From an uncultured bacterium (GTDB taxonomy: Bacteria > Lernaellota > Lernaellaia > JACKCT01), in NCBI GenBank assembly GCA_964586775.1, contig CAZPJD010000225.1, positions 464 to 64,463 of the forward strand: a DNA stretch of 64,000 bases, written 5' to 3'. Every line of letters begins with the position of its first letter. The first letter of the stretch is position 1. Made by a program: the position numbers and the translations under genes. The notes below the pieces were generated by a model that was not told the origin of the DNA, made no database searches, and worked only from the letters and a program-made list of their open reading frames with translations. Positions 9,831 through 17,044 of the stretch are shown here, in pieces.

Positions 9831-11189
9831 ATGACGACCGAACTGTCGATCGCCCGCGCGCGTGCCCGCGCCATCTGGCTCATCGCGGCGAGCCTCGCGT
9901 TCTTCGCTTGGATCTCGCCCGCGTTCGCGTTGCTGTTCGCCTTTACGACGCTCGTCGATCGCGCCCTCGCCCGCGCCGCCGCGCGCGAACATTCGCGGTG
10001 GATCGCCGCGGGCGCGAGCGCCCTCATGAACCTCGGCGCGATCCTCGCCTTGCACAACCTGCACCGATTCGCCGACGCCCTCGCGGCATGGCCCTCGCTG
10101 ATGGGCTCGGCGCTCAATGAGGGCGGCACCATCGCGGTGCTGCCGATCGGCTGGTCGCTGCTCTTCGCGCAAAACCTCGCCCATGTTCTGGATGTGGCGC
10201 GCGGGCGCGGGCAACCGACCGAGTGCATCCTCGAGCACGCGCTCGCCGCCGTGTTCTTCCCGCGCATGTGGGCGGGGCCGATGGTCGAACCCGTCGCGTT
10301 TGCCGCGCGAATTCGTCGGCCCGAGCGCCTCACCGGCGAACGCCTCGGCCGCGCGATCTGGCACGGCGCGCTGGGCGCGATCAAGATCGTCGCCGTCGCC
10401 GACTACCTCGCGCTCAACATGGTGGACAAGGTCTTCGATCTGCCCACGCTTTTCTCCACAACCGAGGTGGTTTTCGCGCTGGTCGCGAACGCGCTCGTCA
10501 TCGCCGCGATGTGGTCGGGCGCGTGCGACATCGCCGTCGCCGCCGGACTCGTGCTCGGCTTCGACCTGCCGCAAAGTTTCGCGTCGCCCGCCACGGCGAC
10601 GGGTCCGCGCGACCACTGGCGTCGGTTCCTCGCGCCGCTCACGGCCGCGCTTCGCGAGCACGTTTTCCGCCCGCTCGCGGGCGGGCCGAATGCTTCGCGC
10701 CTGCGCCGTGCACTCGCCGCGTTTGCGCCGCCGCTGCTGGTCGGCTGCGTCGTGGGGCCGAGCGAAACCACGCTCGCCTTCGGCGCGTTTGTCGGCGCGA
10801 CGCTGTTCGTCGCGACGCTCTTCGGACGCAAGACCTCGAACGACAAGCCGGGCATCGGCGCGCGCGCGTTCGGATGGGTTCTCACTTTCCTCGCCATGAC
10901 GGTCGCGTGGACGCTCTGGCGTGCGCACGACCTGCAAACCGTTTCCGATCTCGCGTCGATCCTGCCGCTCGGCATCTACGAAACGCCGAACCTGACCGCA
11001 ACCGTGATCGGCGTTTTTTTCGCGTCCCAGGTGGTCGCGTTCGTGCCCGCGCCATGGGTCGCGAAAACCCGCGATGCATTCGCACGTGCGCCCTGGCCCG
11101 TACAGGTCGCGGCGGGGCTCGCGGTGGCGTGGGCGCTTTGGCGCGTGAACGCGGTGTCGGAAGTGCCCTTCGTCTACGAGCGGATGTGA
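9831..11189 (+). CDS. MBOAT-family membrane-bound O-acyltransferase (AlgI/DltB/PatA-like)
   Basis: Multi-TM 452 aa; conserved MBOAT block 'PRDHWRRFLAPLTAALREHVFRPLAGG' with the catalytic His. Confidence 0.8.
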   Translation: MTTELSIARARARAIWLIAASLAFFAWISPAFALLFAFTTLVDRALARAAAREHSRWIAAGASALMNLGAILALHNLHRFADALAAWPSLMGSALNEGGTIAVLPIGWSLLFAQNLAHVLDVARGRGQPTECILEHALAAVFFPRMWAGPMVEPVAFAARIRRPERLTGERLGRAIWHGALGAIKIVAVADYLALNMVDKVFDLPTLFSTTEVVFALVANALVIAAMWSGACDIAVAAGLVLGFDLPQSFASPATATGPRDHWRRFLAPLTAALREHVFRPLAGGPNASRLRRALAAFAPPLLVGCVVGPSETTLAFGAFVGATLFVATLFGRKTSNDKPGIGARAFGWVLTFLAMTVAWTLWRAHDLQTVSDLASILPLGIYETPNLTATVIGVFFASQVVAFVPAPWVAKTRDAFARAPWPVQVAAGLAVAWALWRVNAVSEVPFVYERM

Positions 11190-11195
11190 GGATCG

Positions 11196-11696
11196 ATGCC
11201 GTCGTTTTTCGCCGATCACACCGACCTGGGCATCGGACATGCGCTCGTGACGATGGGCGATGACGACGTGGCCGCCGTCGCCGACATCATGATGGCCTCG
11301 GAGCCCTGGGCAAACTACGGCTACGAACGACGAACCATCGAGGACTTTCTGCACGGCACGATCGAGGCGGGCATGGCGCGCGTGGTGACGCCGTCGGGCG
11401 GCGCGCGCGAGGTCGTCGGCGTGGCGACGGTGCAGCCGGGTTTTTTAGGCGGGCGCTATCTGGAGCTGCTCGCGCTGCGCGCCGACCGGCGCGGGCGCGG
11501 CCTTGGGCGGCGCGTGATCGAGGCGATCTGCTACGAAATGCCCGTCCACATGCGCGACCTGTTTGTGCTCGTCGCCGATTCCAACGCGAAGGCCGTCGCG
11601 TTCTATCGTCACCTGGGATTTCGCGACGTGGGCGAGCTTCCCGGCCTCATCCGCCTCGGAAAAACCGAGCGCCTGATCTGGCTGCGGTTTCGATGA
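11196..11696 (+). CDS. GNAT-family N-acetyltransferase
   Basis: 166 aa; acetyl-CoA binding 'RRGRGLGRRVIEAI' (Q/RxxGxG/A) motif; 7 bp downstream of the MBOAT gene. Confidence 0.7.
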   Translation: MPSFFADHTDLGIGHALVTMGDDDVAAVADIMMASEPWANYGYERRTIEDFLHGTIEAGMARVVTPSGGAREVVGVATVQPGFLGGRYLELLALRADRRGRGLGRRVIEAICYEMPVHMRDLFVLVADSNAKAVAFYRHLGFRDVGELPGLIRLGKTERLIWLRFR

Positions 11697-11826
11697 CGAT
11701 GCGAATCGCATCGCCATTGGTGCCCGAACTCACCGGATCGTGCTTTCGCGGGCGGTATTTTGACATGCGTCAAGGCGGCGCCCGGAGGGGAGCGGTACCG
11801 TGCGGGCGTGTTCAGGGAGTCCGGCG

Positions 11827-12225
11827 ATGAGCCACGCACAGCACGCACCCACAGATTCCGCAGCGAATTCTCCGAAGTCGCCCATCCTTGTTTCCTACCG
11901 AAAGACGCCGCTCACCGCCCGTGACGAACAAAAGCTCGCGACCGACATCGGTATTCTCAGGGCATTCACGCATGTGTATTGCCAAAAGCTCCACGGCGCG
12001 AAAAAGGACGACCTGTGCCCCGACTGCGCGGCGCTGCTCGAGTACTCGATCGAGCGGCGCACGCGCTGTCCTCTCGACCCCAAGCCCAAGTGCAAGGAAT
12101 GCCCGGTCCACTGCTACAAACCGGCGCTGCGCAAAAAGATGCAGGACGTTATGCGCGTCGCCGGGATGCACTTCGTCTTTCGCGGACGCGTGGACTGGCT
12201 CGTGAAGTACTTCCTCGCCTCGTAA
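11827..12225 (+). CDS. Nitrous oxide-stimulated promoter family protein (YgbA-like, Cys-rich)
   Basis: 'HVYCQKLHG...LCPDCAALLEYSIERRTRCPLDPKPKCKECPVHCYKPALRKKMQDVMRVAG' matches the YgbA-family Cys pattern; start chosen at the second Met (ORF begins 11800). Confidence 0.55.
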   Translation: MSHAQHAPTDSAANSPKSPILVSYRKTPLTARDEQKLATDIGILRAFTHVYCQKLHGAKKDDLCPDCAALLEYSIERRTRCPLDPKPKCKECPVHCYKPALRKKMQDVMRVAGMHFVFRGRVDWLVKYFLAS

Positions 12226-12273
12226 TCCCCGTCGCATCCCGCCTCCACGCCCCGCCGGTCCTTCTCCCGCCGA

Positions 12274-12303
12274 TTGACGAACGCGGGAGGGGTCATCTAA
12301 TGT
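12274..12303 (+). promoter_or_regulatory. Candidate promoter for brnTA (TTGACG-N18-TAATGT)
   Basis: 'cgaTTGACGaacgcgggaggggtcatcTAATGTgtt' 20 bp upstream of the brnT ATG. Confidence 0.25.
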
Positions 12304-12323
12304 GTTACCTATCGGGGGGCGCA

Positions 12324-12599
12324 ATGCGGATCCGGGACTTCGAATGGGACGAAGGCAACGAACTGCATCTCGCTCTCGGGCACGGCATCGAGCCGGAGGA
12401 AGCCGAGGAGGTTCTCGCGTGCTCGCCGCTCGTCCGAAAAACGAAAAGGGGTCACTACGCCGCCTTCGGACGCACCGCCGCCGGTCGCCTGCTGGTGATC
12501 GTGTTCGAATTGCGTGATCGCGGCATCGCGCGGGTCATCACCGGCTGGGATATGACCCGGGCGGAACGACGCTGGTACCAAACCCGCGGAAAGGGCTGA
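12324..12599 (+). CDS. brnT: BrnT-family toxin (DUF497 ribonuclease toxin)
   Basis: 91 aa; 'MRIRDFEWDEGNELHLALGHGIEPEEAEEVL' BrnT signature; GGGGGG RBS 4 nt upstream. Confidence 0.75.
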   Translation: MRIRDFEWDEGNELHLALGHGIEPEEAEEVLACSPLVRKTKRGHYAAFGRTAAGRLLVIVFELRDRGIARVITGWDMTRAERRWYQTRGKG

Positions 12600-12602
12600 G
12601 CG

Positions 12603-12905
12603 ATGAAGAAATCGACGTCGACGCGCGTCGCCCAGGACGATGCCGCGGCCTACTACGACCGTCACGGCGTGCTCGGCGACGTGATCGATCGTCCCGTGGA
12701 ATTTGCGCTCGATGAGGAACTGCGGGACCAGATTCTCAAAGGCGAACGAAAGCGCCGCTTGAAGAACGTGTCGGTGAAACTCGATGAGGCCCAAATCGTC
12801 GCGCTGCGGAAAATCGCCACGCTCAAGTCGATTCCCTATCAGACGCTGATCCGACTGTGGCTGGCCGAAGGAATCGCGCGCGAACTGCGCATCTCGAGGA
12901 CGTAG
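12603..12905 (+). CDS. brnA: BrnA-family antitoxin (ribbon-helix-helix/CopG-like)
   Basis: 100 aa; starts 3 bp after the brnT stop; C-terminal 'KNVSVKLDEAQIVALRKIATLKSIPYQTLIRLWLAEGI' typical of BrnA. Confidence 0.75.
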   Translation: MKKSTSTRVAQDDAAAYYDRHGVLGDVIDRPVEFALDEELRDQILKGERKRRLKNVSVKLDEAQIVALRKIATLKSIPYQTLIRLWLAEGIARELRISRT

Positions 12906-12930
12906 ATCGAAAAGGCGTCGCCCGACCGCC

Positions 12931-14274
12931 CTACGCCGTCAACTCGGCTTTGCGCGCGAAGCGACGCAGCGCCCGGCGGACGAGTTTGTCGATCGAATAC
13001 GCGACGAAGAGCAGCGAATCGCGCAGATCGAAGACGGGATTCGGCAGTTTGAAATAGAACGGCAGCGTGAACATGAGCTGCTTCGCACCGATAGGGCAGC
13101 CGCCGACGCGCCGGATTTTTTTTGCGCGGATGGTCCCCTCGACGCGCGTGCACGTCCCGATCAGAAACGCCACGCCATCGCCCGCGTCCACGTCGCCCTT
13201 GAATACGCCGGTGACGATCGCGCCCTCGCGCGCCTTGGCCACCGAACCGGGTCGCCGCTTGTCGATGGTGCCCAGGCACCCCTTCACCGCGCCCAAACAC
13301 CCGCCGTGGCACAGCCGCCCGCGCACGGGATCGACGCCGGAGTAAAACCGGATCGGCGTGCGCAGCTTCTGGATGTCCTGATACTCGCTCTCGTGCCCGG
13401 CGGTCGCCGCGCGCAGCTCGTCGATCTCCACATCGCCCTCGACGCGAACATCCTCGATCTGCCGCGGCCCGTAGCCGCGCTCCATGGCCTGCATGAGATG
13501 AACGACTTGATGCGGCTCGCGATGCAACAGACGGCAGGCCACCAGATCCATCGCCACGGGATCGTCGGCCACGAGGATCGCGCCCATGGGAATCGGTCGC
13601 GGCGCGGACTCGAACCCCGTGCCGATCGTCACCGCGTCGACGATGATCGCGTCGGGGTAGCCCATCTCCAGCACGTCCACGACTTTTTCGTCCACGCGGT
13701 CGTCGTGATAGAGCATGCGCTCGTCGTGCGTGAGAATCCCGATGTTGAGTTTGAGCGAGCAGGTGACCTGGCAGAAGATGTGGTACTTCAGCTTCGGCAT
13801 CCAGATCATCGTGTCGGCCTCGGCCAATGAGCGCGCGACCTTCATCGACTTGTGATGCATCGCGCGGCGCAGCGGCACGGTGACGGTGGGCTCGGTGTTG
13901 AAGTCCACCACGCGCGCGCCGGCACGCGCGAGTTCGAAGTACCCCGCTTCGGCAAGAAAGAGCCGCGACGGCACTCCGAAACCGCTGGACTCGCCGACGG
14001 TCACGTCGTCCGCGCCGCCCGCGCGCGCCCAGCGAATCGCCTCGGCGACGATTTTGGGATCGGTGAACGAATCGTGGATGTACTTGCGATTCGCGGTGAC
14101 GACGTTGGGTTTGATGAGCACGCGCCCGCGCGGCCGGATGCCCAGATCCGCGAGGCTTTCGTTCACGATGGCGCGCACGCGGTCCGGCTCGGCGGTTTTG
14201 CAACGCCGCACGAGAACGCGGTAGGAGCGCGGTCGCGCCAGCCGTTCGTCGATCTTCGCGCGCAGATCGCTCAA
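12931..14274 (-). CDS. DUF362 domain protein
   Basis: 447 aa; 'RVLIKPNVV' DUF362 hallmark; C-terminal Cys cluster 'CHGGCLGAVKGC...CTRVEG...GGCPIG'. Confidence 0.65.
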   Translation of the reverse strand: MSDLRAKIDERLARPRSYRVLVRRCKTAEPDRVRAIVNESLADLGIRPRGRVLIKPNVVTANRKYIHDSFTDPKIVAEAIRWARAGGADDVTVGESSGFGVPSRLFLAEAGYFELARAGARVVDFNTEPTVTVPLRRAMHHKSMKVARSLAEADTMIWMPKLKYHIFCQVTCSLKLNIGILTHDERMLYHDDRVDEKVVDVLEMGYPDAIIVDAVTIGTGFESAPRPIPMGAILVADDPVAMDLVACRLLHREPHQVVHLMQAMERGYGPRQIEDVRVEGDVEIDELRAATAGHESEYQDIQKLRTPIRFYSGVDPVRGRLCHGGCLGAVKGCLGTIDKRRPGSVAKAREGAIVTGVFKGDVDAGDGVAFLIGTCTRVEGTIRAKKIRRVGGCPIGAKQLMFTLPFYFKLPNPVFDLRDSLLFVAYSIDKLVRRALRRFARKAELTA

Positions 14275-14359
14275 TCCCGACTCCGATGAACGCGATCAGG
14301 ATGCGCCGCCCGCCGCCGCGCGGTCAAGTCGCACGTTTCACAAGGGCGGCGAATGGGCG

Positions 14360-15538
14360 TCACAAATCCTCCGGCGCGGTGCACAGCGAGACGACCCCCG
14401 ATTCGGTGACGAGGCAGGTGTTCTCGATTCCCGCCGGGCCGATCGTGGGCGAGAGCGCCTTGGGCTCGATCGCGATCACCATCCCCGGTTCCACCACGCC
14501 GTCAAAGCCCGGCGCGATGACCGGCCATTCGTCGAGTTCCAGTCCCACGCCGTGGCCGAAGAAACGCACCCGGTTTTCGCCGAAGCCCATGAAGCCCTCG
14601 GGCTCGCCGCGTTCGGCGAAGATGCGCGCGCACGTATCGTAAATGTCGCGAAACGCCGCGCCGGGGACGAGTCGCGACGAGAGCTCGCGCATCGCCGCGC
14701 GGCACCACTCGTGCGCCATGCGAACCTGCGCGCCCGGTTCGCCGACAGCGAAGACGCGGGCGTCGTCGGCGTGATAGCCCAAGTGATTCGTCACCATATC
14801 GACCATCACCGTCTCGCCCTCGCGCAGCGCGCGCCGCCCCGCGCCCGAGGACCACGCGTGCAGCCCCGCCGAGCCCACGGGCCCGTCGAAGCTTGACGGC
14901 GTCGCGGCGGACTCGGCCGCGCTGACGTAAAGGATGTGCAGCCACGATCCCGGTTTGCGCAGTCGCACGTGGCCGTCATGACCAAGACGGCGCACGAGCG
15001 ACTCGACCTCGACCGAGAGGTCGATCTCCGTCACCCCCGGCGCGATCATTTCACGCACGTGCGCAAACGCCGCGTCGGCCTGCGCGGCGGCGGCGCGCAC
15101 GCACGCGATTTCCCATTCGCTTTTCACCGCGCGAAGCCGCTTCGCATCCGCCGAGATGTCGCCTGCCACCGATCCCGCGGGCAGCGCGTCCAGCACGCGC
15201 CGATACATCGCGGCGGGCCACACGTCGAGGCACGCGCCCACGCGCACCGCGCGCCCCGTGGGCGCGACGATCGCGACGATGTCGCGAATCGAGCGCAGCT
15301 CGCGCACGTCGGCGACGGGCGATTCGGCGCGCGCGCGCGAAAACGACTTGCGCGCGAGCAGCACGGCATCGCCCGAGGCGCGCACCACCAGTGTCGCGTC
15401 CTGCGTCGTGCCCGCGAAATATTGCAGGTCGGTCGGGTGCGAGATCAGCGCGGCGTCGAGCCGGCCGTCGATGCGCGCGGCCAGCGCGCGGATGCGCGAT
15501 GCGATCTCGCCGGGCGGCGGCGCGTTCGGAAAGTCCAT
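14360..15538 (-). CDS. M24-family metallopeptidase (Xaa-Pro dipeptidase/aminopeptidase-like)
   Basis: 392 aa; pita-bread fold motifs 'HGVGLELDEWP' and 'VIAIEP'; upstream of and co-oriented with the DUF362 gene. Confidence 0.8.
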   Translation of the reverse strand: MDFPNAPPPGEIASRIRALAARIDGRLDAALISHPTDLQYFAGTTQDATLVVRASGDAVLLARKSFSRARAESPVADVRELRSIRDIVAIVAPTGRAVRVGACLDVWPAAMYRRVLDALPAGSVAGDISADAKRLRAVKSEWEIACVRAAAAQADAAFAHVREMIAPGVTEIDLSVEVESLVRRLGHDGHVRLRKPGSWLHILYVSAAESAATPSSFDGPVGSAGLHAWSSGAGRRALREGETVMVDMVTNHLGYHADDARVFAVGEPGAQVRMAHEWCRAAMRELSSRLVPGAAFRDIYDTCARIFAERGEPEGFMGFGENRVRFFGHGVGLELDEWPVIAPGFDGVVEPGMVIAIEPKALSPTIGPAGIENTCLVTESGVVSLCTAPEDL

Positions 15539-15632
15539 GCTCGGCCCCGTTTCTGAATGGCGATTCAGCGACGCCTTGATCGGCGGCGCGCGCGGTGCTA
15601 TTCGAGGTTGTTATTTCGTGTTTGGGACATTC

Positions 15633-15662
15633 GATTCCTGACGGGATCACCTGATTCCTGAC
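15633..15662. promoter_or_regulatory. 10-bp direct repeat GATTCCTGAC x2 (centres 20 bp apart) in divergent promoter region upstream of the thiolase/fadJ genes
   Basis: 'tcGATTCCTGACgggatcacctGATTCCTGACaatg' about 65 bp upstream of the thiolase ATG. Confidence 0.3.
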
Positions 15663-15727
15663 AATGCGTCCGTGGCGTTTGGGGAGCAAGGCCCCCGCGC
15701 GGCGGCATGCGTCGAGGAGGCACCATC

Positions 15728-17032
15728 ATGGCGAAAAAATCCGCTCCCGCGAACGGTCGGCGCGTCGCGGTCATCGACGGCGTACGCACGCCGTTTCTGC
15801 GCGCGGGCACCGAGTTCAACGACCTCATGGCCTACGATCTGGGCCGCTACGCGGTCTCGGGGCTGCTGGGCAAGAGCGGCCTCGACCCGAACACCGTCGA
15901 CATGGTGATGATGGGGTGCGTGATCGCCGATCCCGCGACGTCGAACGTCGCGCGCGAGATCGTGCTCGCCACCGATCTGCCCGACCGCGTGCCGGCGTAC
16001 ACGATCAGCGAGGCGTGCATCTCGGCGAATCAGGCGATCTGCAACGCGGTGGATCAGATCGCGCGCGGCTACGGCGACGTGGCGATCGCGGGCGGCACCG
16101 ACATCACGTCGGACGTGCCGATCCGCTACCAAAAGCGCATGCGCCAAAAATTCCTGCGCACGCAAAAGGCCAAGGGCCTGAAGGACTACTACGAGATCTT
16201 CCACGACGTGAAGCCCGCGGATCTCGTGCCCGACCCTCCGGGCATCGCGGACTTTTTCACGGGGCTGTCGATGGGCGGCGCGTGCGACCGCATCTGCGCG
16301 CGGCTCGGCGTCACCCGCGAGGAGCAGGACCAGTTCGCGGCGCGCTCGCACCAGCTCGCGCATCAGGCGGCGGAGTCGGGCCTCTTCGACGACGAGGTCC
16401 TGACCGTCGCGCCGCCGCCGCATTTCAAGCCGGTGACGCGCGACAACGGCGTGCGCGGCGACACCACCTACGAAAAGATGGCGAAGCTGCGGCCCGCCTT
16501 CGACAAGAACTACGGCACGGTGACCGCGGGCAACGCGTCGTTTCTGACCGACGGCGCGGCGGCGGTGCTGCTGATGAGCGAGGAGAAGGCGAAGGACCTG
16601 GGCTACAGGCCCAAGGCGTACATCATCGGCCACGCGTTTCGCGGCACCGATCCGCTCGAGGAGATGCTGCTCGGCCAGACCTACGCCACGCCCATGGCGC
16701 TCGAGCGCGCGGGGATCTCGTTCGAGGATCTGGGCGTGCTCGAGATCCACGAGGCATTCGCCGGGCAGATGGTGGCGACGGTCAAGCTGCTCGAGTCGAA
16801 AGAATTCGGCGAGAGCCTCGGCATGGGCCGCGCGATCGCGAAGAAGGTGAATCCGGACATCCTCAACATCCACGGCGGATCGCTGTCGATCGGGCATCCC
16901 TTCGGCGCGACGGGCGCGCGGCTGATCCACACGTGCGCGAACCGGCTGCAACGCGAAAACAAACGCTACGGGCTCGTGGCCGCGTGCGCCCTGTCGGGCC
17001 TCGGCAACGCCACCGTGCTCGAACGGGCCTGA
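15728..17032 (+). CDS. fadI: Acetyl-CoA C-acyltransferase (3-ketoacyl-CoA thiolase, FadI/FadA-like)
   Basis: GAGGAGG RBS; thiolase N-terminal 'VAVIDGVRTPF', active-site Cys region 'TISEACISANQAI', C-terminal 'NIHGGSLSIGHPFGATGARL'. Confidence 0.85.
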   Translation: MAKKSAPANGRRVAVIDGVRTPFLRAGTEFNDLMAYDLGRYAVSGLLGKSGLDPNTVDMVMMGCVIADPATSNVAREIVLATDLPDRVPAYTISEACISANQAICNAVDQIARGYGDVAIAGGTDITSDVPIRYQKRMRQKFLRTQKAKGLKDYYEIFHDVKPADLVPDPPGIADFFTGLSMGGACDRICARLGVTREEQDQFAARSHQLAHQAAESGLFDDEVLTVAPPPHFKPVTRDNGVRGDTTYEKMAKLRPAFDKNYGTVTAGNASFLTDGAAAVLLMSEEKAKDLGYRPKAYIIGHAFRGTDPLEEMLLGQTYATPMALERAGISFEDLGVLEIHEAFAGQMVATVKLLESKEFGESLGMGRAIAKKVNPDILNIHGGSLSIGHPFGATGARLIHTCANRLQRENKRYGLVAACALSGLGNATVLERA

Positions 17033-17044
17033 GGGGGGACGACC

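Noticed and set aside
8024-10384. 786-aa minus-strand ORF
   Set aside because: It is antisense to the HExxH/TPR membrane protein and the MBOAT gene. It is Arg-rich and low-complexity. This is a high-GC artefact.
12302-12517. Small ORFs in the brnTA region in other frames (12302..12517, 12309..12794)
   Set aside because: They overlap the well-supported brnT/brnA frames. They are Arg-rich with no motifs.
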